Of a stretch of 64,000 nt of DNA, positions 27,715 to 36,343 are shown in pieces. Source of the stretch: Candidatus Bipolaricaulota bacterium (lineage in GTDB: Bacteria > Patescibacteriota > Patescibacteriia > UBA11705 > DATKZF01). The DNA lies in the NCBI GenBank assembly GCA_035528115.1, contig DATKZF010000003.1, forward strand, positions 551,089 through 615,088. Direction: 5' to 3'. Positions within the stretch are counted from its first letter, which is position 1; every line of letters starts with the position of its first letter. Below the pieces are notes generated by a model. That model was not told the origin of the DNA and did not search any database. It saw only the letters and a list, made by a program, of their open reading frames with translations. A program made the translations under genes and the position numbers.

Positions 27715-27918
27715 TTGACAATTCCAATAAGCTTGTGCTATTTTAATCATGCGCACGCGGCTGGGTGCGCGATGTCAGCTTTCCTGCGAATCGGCCGAGG
27801 ACGATTCGCAAGCTGCGCCAGCGCCGCAAACATCCGCCTCTACCCACATCGTTTTTCCCTCTGGGGCCTCGGCCTTCTGAACCCGCTCGACTCTCATGTC
27901 TTGCGGGTTCTGTCTTTT
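27715..27918 (+). ncRNA. Candidate GC-rich structured RNA (~170 nt) with its own promoter and terminator
   Basis: TTGACA...TGcTATTTT; stem TGCGAATCG/CGATTCGCA; loop complementary to 27867-27873; terminator GAACCCGC/GCGGGTTC. Confidence 0.55.
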
Positions 27919-28227
27919 AAATTACAAATAATTGGGTCGAAGAGGAGAATCTATGTTTTGGTTTAACTGTTTTGTCAGTAATCGGTAAACAGTAAGCCGT
28001 CAAAATGACACAGAAGAGCAGAGAGTCGAGCTCTCTGCTGGGATAGATAAAAAAGGTGTTTTGTTGGTTTATTTATTTCCTAGCGGAAAGCTTGCCTTTC
28101 CGCTCATCCCGCCAATTGACAGAACAAAAAAATCGAGCTAAGTTGAAATCGACATTGGTTCCTTTATATATAGAGAACAGCAATTTACAGGAAACACGTA
28201 AATTTAGATGAAAAATCTCTTCAAGTA

Positions 28228-28256
28228 TTGACTTTTTGTATGAATTGTGATATAAT
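28228..28256 (+). promoter_or_regulatory. Extended -10 sigma70 promoter of the GC-rich cassette
   Basis: TTGACT-17bp-TATAAT with TG extension. Confidence 0.75.
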
Positions 28257-28302
28257 GCAAGGTCAGTATCAAATGGGGAGATAACATCTATATATCGATA
28301 AT

Positions 28303-28390
28303 GCCTGGAATTTTGCTTATCGGCCCCGAGCCATGTTAGCAGCCCCTCCTCTGCTGTCTGTGCTTTAAGCTGATAAGCAAGATTCCGGGC
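28303..28390 (+). promoter_or_regulatory. Long 5'-leader hairpin
   Basis: 22-bp stem with three G-U pairs between promoter and ORF. Confidence 0.65.
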
Positions 28391-28456
28391 TTTATTTGTT
28401 TAAAGCCCCGAGAGAAAGTTTAACAATCCCCCGACAAGGGGGGAAAGGTCCTGATC

Positions 28457-29038
28457 ATGAAGACGACGTTGATCGTTGTGGCGGCCCTCGTGGTCGCCCT
28501 GGCCGGTTCGGACTCTTTTGCCCGCGGCAGCCGGCCACGCGGTCAGACCCCTCGTGGCCAGACCGTTCGTGGCGGCCAGACCGCCGAGCGCGCGAGCTAC
28601 CGCAACACCCCGCGCGGTCAGTCCCCTCGGGGACAGGTGGCTCGCGGCCGCGCTCCTCGTGGAGAGGTCCGCGGCGGATCCTACCGTCGTGGCGGCGCCT
28701 ACCGCCCGGCGGTGTATGGTCGCGGCGGGGTCGGCTTCCACGTCGAGTTCGGGTTCGGCATTCTGCAGCCCCGGACTGTGTACGTGGCGCCGCAGCCCGT
28801 GGTCGTGGTCTCCGCGTGCTCGTACGATGAGCCGTGGAACTGCGCCCCGGCCGGACCCTTTTCGTTTAGCGGCTCCCACTACTACTACAGCGTCGGCAAC
28901 GGCCTGTGGTACATCGTGGGGCCCAACCCGTTCTTGATCAACAAGAACCCGGGTGGCTACCCCGTCTCGGACAGGTATCTGGTCGAGGCGCGGCGTAGCT
29001 ACCTCATGCATCCGGCTGCTTACGCCGTGGTGCGGTAG
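28457..29038 (+). CDS. GC-rich secreted protein with PRGQ/RGG low-complexity repeats
   Basis: Signal peptide MKTTLIVVAALVVALAGSDSFA; repeated PRGQ/RGG; purine-rich SD; downstream terminator. Confidence 0.7.
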   Translation: MKTTLIVVAALVVALAGSDSFARGSRPRGQTPRGQTVRGGQTAERASYRNTPRGQSPRGQVARGRAPRGEVRGGSYRRGGAYRPAVYGRGGVGFHVEFGFGILQPRTVYVAPQPVVVVSACSYDEPWNCAPAGPFSFSGSHYYYSVGNGLWYIVGPNPFLINKNPGGYPVSDRYLVEARRSYLMHPAAYAVVR

Positions 29039-29070
29039 TTCCATCAACGTTTAAAGGAAAGGAGGAAAAC

Positions 29071-29107
29071 AAAAGGACGCTAGGTCTTACCCTATGCGTC
29101 CTTTTTC
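29071..29107 (+). terminator. Intrinsic terminator
   Basis: AAAGGACGC-TAGG...CCTA-TGCGTCCTTTTT. Confidence 0.65.
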
Positions 29108-29142
29108 GTTTTAAATGCGCGGTCATCGGCGGCGACGCCGAT

Positions 29143-29171
29143 GGTAGAGACGCGCCGCGGCGCGTCTCTAC
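29143..29171. repeat. GTAG-type REP palindrome
   Basis: GTAGAGACGCGCCGCGGCGCGTCTCTAC perfect palindrome. Confidence 0.75.
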
Positions 29172-29201
29172 GCGCGGGCGTATGCCCGCGGCCGCGCCAT
29201 A

Positions 29202-31166
29202 TCACATGAAATTTTTCAAATCAACAATGGCCGCCACGACGGTTTCCATGAATTTTTTCTTTTCCGCCATGGTGAATTTTTTCAACACAAAATCAGCCGT
29301 GTCTCCCATTTTCTTTTTATCTTCGCGGGCAATGCCGAGGCGCAAGCGATGAAAATCATTTGAGCCAAGAAAATCAATGATCGATTGAACTCCTTTTTGA
29401 CCGGCTGATGATCTGCTTTTTTGAATTTTGTATTCGCCCAGTAAAAAATCGACGTCGTCGTGAATCACCAGCAAGTTGTCCAAATCAATGTTGTAGTATT
29501 TGACCAATTTTTGAACGGCTTCGCCGGAATTGTTCATGAAAGTCTGCGGCTTGGCCAAAATGATTTTATTGCCGTCGAGCCTGCCCGCGGATAGCCAGCT
29601 TTGATTTTTTTTATCCAAAATCCATCCTCCAAAATCATATTGAGCTTCTTTCTTTAATTCGTCCAAAGCCGTAAAGCCCGCGTTGTGCCTCGTCGATTCA
29701 TATTCTTTGCCAGGATTGCCCAGGCCGACAATCAATTTGGTCATATTTTTACCGCTTAATTTTTTGTTTTTCGACAAAATCGCTTCTTTGGGCAACTGTC
29801 TGCTTCTTTTCGTTAAAACCAGTTTGACGCCGCTGCCGGACAAATTGAATTCTTCCCTCAGATTGTTGAGCAAATATCGGCGATAAGAAAAAATCAAATC
29901 TTGAGGTTTATCGATAATCAAAGCGAAAGTCGGCGGATTGATATCGGTTTGATTGATTTCATAAATGAAAGCCGGTTTGGTGATGTGATTTTTCGGAGGA
30001 GGGGATTGTTTTTTAATCATCTTGGACAAAAATTTATCCAGCTGTCTTTGCGGGATGATGATTTTGCGATCTTCGTAAAGTTGAATGATCATGTCGAGCA
30101 GCCGCTTCACCTTGAAGCCTGTTTTCGCGCTGGTGAAAACAATCGGCGCCCACTTTAATTGCGGCAAAAGCGACTGATAATATTCAATATATTTTTTTTG
30201 GGTGTCTTCATCCTTCTCGGGGATCAAATCCCATTTGTTCGCGACAATGATTAGGCTGGGATGCTCGTCCATGATGACCTGCGCCAAGTTTTTATCTTGA
30301 ACGGATAATTTTTTGCTGCAATCGGTGATGAAAATGGCCACGTCGATTTCACGAATGGTGTCCAAGCTTTGTTCAATGCCCAGTTTTTCCAACTTGCCTT
30401 TGATTTTACCTTTCTTGGTCACGCCCGCGGTATCGAAAAAGCGCAAGTTGTAATTTTTCCCGGAATCGGCCGAAAAATCAATGTCGATCATCTGCCGATC
30501 TCTGGTGGTGTGCGGACGTTCATTGACAATAACTCTTTCTTCGCCGGAAATTTGATTAAAGAGAGACGATTTGCCCACGTTCGGCTTGCCGATCAAGCCG
30601 ATGGAAATTTTTTCGATTTTTTCTTTCGTCTCTTTCACTGCGGGTTTTTTAAAATTCATCTTTGACAGCATCGCATCCAAAAGATCTCCGGTGCCGCGAC
30701 CGCTGGCCGCGGATATCGCGATCGGTTCTCCCAAACCCAGTTTGTAAAATTCGGATAAATTGACCTCGTCTCTGGCCGCGTCGGTTTTATTGGCGACCAG
30801 AACGATGTTTTTTTTATTTTTTTTCTTAAGCATGCCGGCGTATTTTTTGTCTCCGGGCAAAAGTCCTTCTTTGGCATTGACCATGAACAAAATCAAATCG
30901 GCTCGCTTGATGGCTTTTTCCGCTTGGATCAGCGATTGCTTTTCAATCAAGTCCGGATCCTCGACATCCAGACCGGCGATGTCCACCATGGTCATGACTT
31001 TGCCGCGCCAAACACAGTCGCCGTATTGGCGATCTCTGGTCGTGCCGGCGATATTGGAAACAATGGCGTTTTCGGTTTCGGTCAATTTGTTAAATAAAGA
31101 GGACTTTCCAACATTGACTCGGCCGACCAAAACGACGAGCGGATTTTGATGTTTTATCTTTGACAT
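29202..31166 (-). CDS. der: Ribosome biogenesis GTPase Der fused in frame to peptidyl-tRNA hydrolase (Pth part 29202-29744)
   Basis: Two G domains (GRVNVGKSS, GKPNVGKSS) and KH-like domain, then LIVGLGNPG...TRHNAG...KPQTFMNNSG...IHDD. Confidence 0.92.
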   Translation of the reverse strand: MSKIKHQNPLVVLVGRVNVGKSSLFNKLTETENAIVSNIAGTTRDRQYGDCVWRGKVMTMVDIAGLDVEDPDLIEKQSLIQAEKAIKRADLILFMVNAKEGLLPGDKKYAGMLKKKNKKNIVLVANKTDAARDEVNLSEFYKLGLGEPIAISAASGRGTGDLLDAMLSKMNFKKPAVKETKEKIEKISIGLIGKPNVGKSSLFNQISGEERVIVNERPHTTRDRQMIDIDFSADSGKNYNLRFFDTAGVTKKGKIKGKLEKLGIEQSLDTIREIDVAIFITDCSKKLSVQDKNLAQVIMDEHPSLIIVANKWDLIPEKDEDTQKKYIEYYQSLLPQLKWAPIVFTSAKTGFKVKRLLDMIIQLYEDRKIIIPQRQLDKFLSKMIKKQSPPPKNHITKPAFIYEINQTDINPPTFALIIDKPQDLIFSYRRYLLNNLREEFNLSGSGVKLVLTKRSRQLPKEAILSKNKKLSGKNMTKLIVGLGNPGKEYESTRHNAGFTALDELKKEAQYDFGGWILDKKNQSWLSAGRLDGNKIILAKPQTFMNNSGEAVQKLVKYYNIDLDNLLVIHDDVDFLLGEYKIQKSRSSAGQKGVQSIIDFLGSNDFHRLRLGIAREDKKKMGDTADFVLKKFTMAEKKKFMETVVAAIVDLKNFM

Positions 31167-31458
31167 ATTACAAATTACGAATAATTGCATCGAATAGGAC
31201 AAGCTTGGTTTAGGTTTATCTGTTTGCTACGAATTGTTGCTTCTATGTAGCTTGCCTTTGCCTTGAAATTACGAATAATTGCATCGAATAGGACAATCTT
31301 GGCTTTGGTTTAGGTGACTTATTACAAATAATTACGAATGAGGCGGGAAAGTTGATGGCTACTTAAAAAGCTAATAAGCTACAACCTATTACAAATAGTT
31401 GCGTCTGGCAGGACAAGCTGTGTTTAGACCTTAACGTTTATTGCGAATAATTACAAAT
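31167..31458. repeat. TTAC(G/A)AAT-anchored repeat block (AGGACAAGCT...TTTAGG units)
   Basis: ATTACGAATAATTGCATCGAATAGGACAA repeated; same unit type as at 54405 and 60565. Confidence 0.75.
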
Positions 31459-31459
31459 G

Positions 31460-31594
31460 GTTACGAATTACAATAGACTATTCAGCTTTCAGGTTATTTG
31501 TTACGAATTACAATATTCTCAGGCATAAAGTTATAAGTTAATGTACTTTGTAACAATACAAATAAAGAGCCATTTAGTGAATGTAATTCGTAAC
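31460..31594. repeat. Bipolar 40-bp array, copy 2 (2 forward + 2 reverse cores)
   Basis: Forward cores at 31460 and 31500; reverse cores end at 31554 and 31594. Confidence 0.85.
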
Positions 31595-31634
31595 GACTCC
31601 CCGGCTTCTCTGTTTCATGCTTCATGATACGTGA

Positions 31635-33035
31635 TCAAAGATCCTTATTATCCGCGCCCAAAATAATGTAAAAATCAGTACCAGGCGCGGCCAGTTTTTT
31701 TATCCAATCAGGTATTTCCTCCGATTTTTTAGCTTTAAGAATTGTTTCCAGCACGCCGGTCACTCCGGATTTTTCTCCTCCGGTCAGATCGTATAGCTCG
31801 GTTGTCTCATAGTCTTGCGACGGCGCGTTGCCGATTTTAATGACTTCATAACCGAGAGAAGTGAATTTGTCCGAGGTTCTGCTCGCCAGCCCGTTGACGC
31901 CCGTGCCGTTTTTAATTTCTATTTTGGCCGTTTCTTTTTGCTCAATGGCTTGTTCTTTCAAAAAAATGTTTTCCGCCGCGAATCTGATATCCGAAAAATT
32001 TTCGCTTTTTGGTTTAAGCACGAAAGCTTCTCCGTATTTGGTGCCGTACAAAAGTCCGTTGGGACTGTCATCGAGCACCAAAGTGCTGACGTTTTCCATG
32101 TCCACTTCTTGGGCGATTTTGGCCAAGTGAACGATTTCCCAAATTTCCAAATTGGTCGAGATGTTTTCGCTCAATGTTTCCATGACCTTGGATATTTTTT
32201 TCGGGCTCAGAAAGGTTTTGTACGATAAGGTTTTTTTCTGCACGGCCTCGAGTACTTTTTGTTGCCGTTTGCTTCTGGCGAAATCGCCGGACTCTCCGTT
32301 GTTGCCGTGGCGGGAGCGGACGTATTTGAGAGCTGTGTCGCCATCCATGGTCTGCCAGCCTTCTTCGAAACGAACCACTTGATATTTATCGTTTGGCGCG
32401 GGATATTGATAATCCGTAAAAGAACGATCCACGTAAACGTCAATGCCGTCCAGATCGTTTACCAGACTTTCGAAGCCGTCAAAGTCCACTCTGACGAAAT
32501 AGGGAATATCAATGTCCAAGACATCGCTGACGACTTTGGTGGTATAGATGCCGCCGGTGCCGTTCGTCTGGGCTTCGGCGAAAGCATAGGCGTTATTGAT
32601 TTTGCCTTGGCCGAAATCGGGCAAAGGCACCAGCAAGTCTCTGGGGACCGACATCATGGCCACGCGATTTTCGGACGGTTTGATGCTGATCAGCATGATG
32701 GTGTCTGTCAGGTTCGGGCCGTCGTGCCCGCTGCCGCCGTTGCCTAGCAACAGAATGTTGATGCGGTCGTCTTGCTCCCCGATCACTTGATCTTCATAGC
32801 CTTTGATCATTTGGCCGACGTTTTTGAAAAAATTAAAATTTTGGAAACTGGCGTTTTTTCCTCCCGATAGAATCACTTGAAAGGTGAAAACGGCGAAGAC
32901 CGTAAATAAAACAATGAATAAATATAAAATCAACCGGCTGACCTTGAATATTTTTTTGCCTTTCGGATTTTTGTTGTCGTCTTTATTGAGCAAGTTAACT
33001 TTGATTGTTTTGTCGATATTTTCTTTTTGCGCCAT
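31635..33035 (-). CDS. LCP (LytR-CpsA-Psr) family protein with LytR_C domain
   Basis: INILLLG, TDTIM, SVPRD, KINNAY, YVRSRH, DFARSKRQQ; C-terminal NGT...GLA. Confidence 0.92.
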   Translation of the reverse strand: MAQKENIDKTIKVNLLNKDDNKNPKGKKIFKVSRLILYLFIVLFTVFAVFTFQVILSGGKNASFQNFNFFKNVGQMIKGYEDQVIGEQDDRINILLLGNGGSGHDGPNLTDTIMLISIKPSENRVAMMSVPRDLLVPLPDFGQGKINNAYAFAEAQTNGTGGIYTTKVVSDVLDIDIPYFVRVDFDGFESLVNDLDGIDVYVDRSFTDYQYPAPNDKYQVVRFEEGWQTMDGDTALKYVRSRHGNNGESGDFARSKRQQKVLEAVQKKTLSYKTFLSPKKISKVMETLSENISTNLEIWEIVHLAKIAQEVDMENVSTLVLDDSPNGLLYGTKYGEAFVLKPKSENFSDIRFAAENIFLKEQAIEQKETAKIEIKNGTGVNGLASRTSDKFTSLGYEVIKIGNAPSQDYETTELYDLTGGEKSGVTGVLETILKAKKSEEIPDWIKKLAAPGTDFYIILGADNKDL

Positions 33036-33167
33036 AAATCTTTTTCTCCATGGAATTATTATAAGAGAATAATCCGTGTTTGACAACTGTGTGTAATTGT
33101 TGATTTGCTAAAATCGGGCGGCGGTGCTATAATAACCGTGTTATAAATTATTATTATTTTAAAAAAT

Positions 33168-33770
33168 ATGAGCGGAGATCCTTTTATTACCAATAAATCA
33201 AAAGGCAAGATAATTTTTGAATTCATTTGGGATTTGGCCAAGGTGGCTTGCATTTCGCTGGCCATAATAATTCCGGTCAGATATTTTTTGATTCAGCCTT
33301 TTTACGTAAAGGGCGCTTCGATGGAGCCGAATTTGCACGATCATGAGTATTTGATCATCAATGAAATCGGCTATCGTCTGGATGAACCGCAGAGAGGAGA
33401 CGTGGTGGTTTTCAAATATCCTCAGGATCAGACTCAGTTTTTTATCAAACGCGTCATCGGTTTGTCCGGTGAAATCGTTGAATTGAAAGATGGCGTGGTT
33501 TACCTGTATTCGAAAGATGAAAACGGCGAAGATAAAAGATACGTGTTGAATGAAACTTTTTATCTCGATCCTCAAATCAAAACTTGGGGCGATCGAACTT
33601 TTCAAATCGGCGAGAACGAATTTTTCGTCATGGGAGACAATAGATCGCAAAGTCTGGACTCGCGATCATTCGGCCCCGTGGACAAGGACTTGATCGTCGG
33701 CAAAGTTTGGCTGAGAGGTTGGCCGTTCGATAAGTTTCAGCTCTTTAGCCAAATCGATTACGGATTTTAA
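33168..33770 (+). CDS. lepB: Signal peptidase I
   Basis: GASMEPN, FIKRVIG, GDNR..SLDSR.FG. Confidence 0.95.
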   Translation: MSGDPFITNKSKGKIIFEFIWDLAKVACISLAIIIPVRYFLIQPFYVKGASMEPNLHDHEYLIINEIGYRLDEPQRGDVVVFKYPQDQTQFFIKRVIGLSGEIVELKDGVVYLYSKDENGEDKRYVLNETFYLDPQIKTWGDRTFQIGENEFFVMGDNRSQSLDSRSFGPVDKDLIVGKVWLRGWPFDKFQLFSQIDYGF

Positions 33771-33790
33771 TTTTTGATAAGCAAATAATT

Positions 33791-35110
33791 ATGCCAAGAA
33801 GAAAAAAGACCGAAGATACGGCCATTAAAGTCAAATCGATCAAAACGCCCCAGCTCGTTAGGGGCATGAAAGACATTTTGCCGGTCGATCAAAAATACTG
33901 GCGTTTTTTGAACTCTCGCGTGGAGTCCATTGCCGTTGATTACAGTTACCGACGCATCGAAACTCCCATTTTGGAAAATATTTCGTTATTTACCCATGCC
34001 ATCGGCAAGCAAACGGACATTGTTGAAAAAGAAATGTTTGTTTTTCTCGATAAGGGAGGAGACAAGCTGGTCTTGCGGCCGGAAGGAACCGCGCCGATAG
34101 CCAGAGCCTACATCGATCACGGCATGTTAAATCTGCCTCAACCGGTCAAGTTGTATTATTCGGGTTCCATGTTTCGGCACGAACGTCCGCAATCTGGCAG
34201 ATTGAGAGAATTTCATCAAACCGGTTTTGAAATCATTGGCGACGGTTCGCCGGCGATTGACGCCGAATTGATTTTGATCGCTTATAATTTATTCAAAGAT
34301 TTGGGGATTGAAGTCAATGTGCAGGTCAACAGTATCGGCGAGCTGGGCGATCGGGAAAATTATCGCAAAGCTTTGCTTGATTATTATAAAAATAAAAAGG
34401 CGTCGCTGTGCGTTGATTGCAAAAAGCGCATTTTGAAAAATCCGTTGAGGCTGCTTGATTGCAAAAACCCCAAATGCGCCAAATTAAAAGAAAACGCTCC
34501 GCAAATGGTTGATTATTTATCGGATGACGCCAGAAATCATTTTTTCCGATTACTGGAATATCTGGATGAGTTGCAAATTCCTTACAACCTGAATCAATTT
34601 TTGGTTCGCGGCATGGATTATTACAATCGAACGGTTTTTGAGTTTTGGGAAAAAGAAGATACTGAAGGAAGGAACGCTCTCGGCGGAGGCGGACGCTACG
34701 ATTATTTGTTGGAAATGCTTGGAGGCCGGGAGACGCCGGGATGCGGATTTGCGGTCGGAGTCGAAAGAGCGCTCGGCGTGCTGAAAGAGAAAAGAGTTCA
34801 ATTGCCCGAAGCGTTGACTCCGGATATTTTTTTGGCGCAAATCGGAGAACAGGCCAGGCGGCGCGCCATGGGATTTTTTGAAGAATTGAGAAAATCGGGC
34901 TTGAGGGTGGCGGCCAATTTTTCGAAAGGCAGCCTGAAATCGCAGCTTGATCTCGCCAATAAATTGGGTGTTAAGATTGTTTTAATACTTGGACAGCGTG
35001 AAATAGTCGATGAAACTATTTTGATGAGAGACATGGACAGCGGTATTCAGGAAGTGGTCAATTTTAAGAAAATCATCAATGAAGTCAAGCGAAAATTGGA
35101 AAAGCATTGA
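33791..35110 (+). CDS. hisS: Histidine--tRNA ligase
   Basis: RGMKD, LRPEGTA, FRHERPQSGR, LVRGMDYY, GGGRYD. Confidence 0.96.
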   Translation: MPRRKKTEDTAIKVKSIKTPQLVRGMKDILPVDQKYWRFLNSRVESIAVDYSYRRIETPILENISLFTHAIGKQTDIVEKEMFVFLDKGGDKLVLRPEGTAPIARAYIDHGMLNLPQPVKLYYSGSMFRHERPQSGRLREFHQTGFEIIGDGSPAIDAELILIAYNLFKDLGIEVNVQVNSIGELGDRENYRKALLDYYKNKKASLCVDCKKRILKNPLRLLDCKNPKCAKLKENAPQMVDYLSDDARNHFFRLLEYLDELQIPYNLNQFLVRGMDYYNRTVFEFWEKEDTEGRNALGGGGRYDYLLEMLGGRETPGCGFAVGVERALGVLKEKRVQLPEALTPDIFLAQIGEQARRRAMGFFEELRKSGLRVAANFSKGSLKSQLDLANKLGVKIVLILGQREIVDETILMRDMDSGIQEVVNFKKIINEVKRKLEKH

Positions 35111-35179
35111 CAAGAATCGGAATTTCAAGTAAATTAAATCAACGAATATTATCATATAAAGAAAGGAAGGTGAACTAAG

Positions 35180-35422
35180 ATGGTTGAAATAAGAAGAAAG
35201 AAAAATGAAACATTTGAAGCGATGCTCAGACGTTTCAACCGAAAAACTTTGGAGAGCGGCAAGTTGCTCCAATTTAAAAAAGTAAAATACCTGCAGCCAT
35301 CAAAGAGCCGCAACCTGCAAAAGGCCAGCACGCTGGTTAAGCTTGAAAGAAAAAAACAGCGAGAATATTTAAAGAAGATCGGCCAGCTGCCCGAAGAAGA
35401 AACAACATACAGGAGAAGATAA
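35180..35422 (+). CDS. rpsU: 30S ribosomal protein bS21
   Basis: E.FEAMLRRFNRK, basic; upstream of yqeY; AGGAAGGTGA SD. Confidence 0.8.
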   Translation: MVEIRRKKNETFEAMLRRFNRKTLESGKLLQFKKVKYLQPSKSRNLQKASTLVKLERKKQREYLKKIGQLPEEETTYRRR

Positions 35423-35423
35423 A

Positions 35424-35864
35424 ATGAATATCATTGAAAAAATTGAACAGGATTATCTTGAAGCCGCCAGAGCCAAAGACAAGCTGACCGTGGCTACATT
35501 GAGATTGATCAAAGCCGCCCTGAAAAACAAGCAAATAGAAAAGATGAAGGAATTGACCGAAGAAGACGCGGCGGCCGTGCTGAAAACGGAAGCCAAAAAG
35601 AGACGAGAATCGATCGAGGCTTTCGAAGCGGGCAATCGGCAAGAAATGGCCGATAATGAAAAGGCGGAATTGGCGATTATTGAAAAATATTTGCCTCAGC
35701 AGATGTCCGTTGAAGAAACCGAAGCCAAAGTCAAGGAGATTATTGAAAAAATTAAGGAAGGCGATCGCGACTTCGGCAAGGTCATGGGTTTGGTCATGAA
35801 AGAAATGAAAGGACAGGCCGACGGTCAGGTCGTTTCAGCGGCGGTAAAAAAATTCTTAAGTTAA
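35424..35864 (+). CDS. GatB/YqeY domain protein
   Basis: LRLIKAA, KKRRESIEAF, YLPQQ, FGKVMG...GQADG. Confidence 0.92.
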   Translation: MNIIEKIEQDYLEAARAKDKLTVATLRLIKAALKNKQIEKMKELTEEDAAAVLKTEAKKRRESIEAFEAGNRQEMADNEKAELAIIEKYLPQQMSVEETEAKVKEIIEKIKEGDRDFGKVMGLVMKEMKGQADGQVVSAAVKKFLS

Positions 35865-35920
35865 AACTTTTATAAAAATCGGCTCGGATAGGGTCGGTTT
35901 TTTTATCTTCATTATGGAAA

Positions 35921-36215
35921 TATTACGAATTACAATATTCTATTTAGCTTTCAGGTTATTTGTTACGAATTACAAGATTCTGTTTAGCTTCTATGTTATC
36001 TGTTACGAATTACAATATTCTATTTAGCTTCTATGTTATTTGTTACGTATTACAATCGACTATTAAGCTTTCAGGTTATCTGTTACTAATTACAATCATC
36101 TATAGCTATATGCCTTAGAATCTTGTACTTCGTAACGATCGTTTCTAAGCCAAATGGAACCTTGTACTTCGTAACAATATAAATAAAGAGCTATTTAGTG
36201 AATGTAATTTGTAAC
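35921..36215. repeat. Bipolar 40-bp array, copy 3 (5 forward + 3 reverse cores)
   Basis: Cores at 35921, 35961, 36001, 36041, 36081; reverse cores end at 36136, 36175, 36215. Confidence 0.92.
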
Positions 36216-36343
36216 GACGCGCGGCGTTTGTTGATAACTTTCCGAAAATATTCTTTTCTAAAACCGCAAAATATTGTACAATATAATCAACGACATTCGG
36301 GCTGAAAACGTCCGATGATCGGAGTTTTCGACTTGAAACAAAA

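Noticed and set aside
28400-29047. Alternative overlapping ORFs in the GC-rich islets (also 14278-15110)
   Set aside because: High GC suppresses stop codons; only 28457-29038, 14325-15074 and 15074-16063 have SD, signal/TM features and matching promoter and terminator.
35921-36215. CRISPR interpretation of the 40-bp arrays (also 61963-62301 and 60565-61067)
   Set aside because: The constant part is only ~14 bp, spacers resemble each other, orientation flips mid-array, and there are no cas genes in the window.
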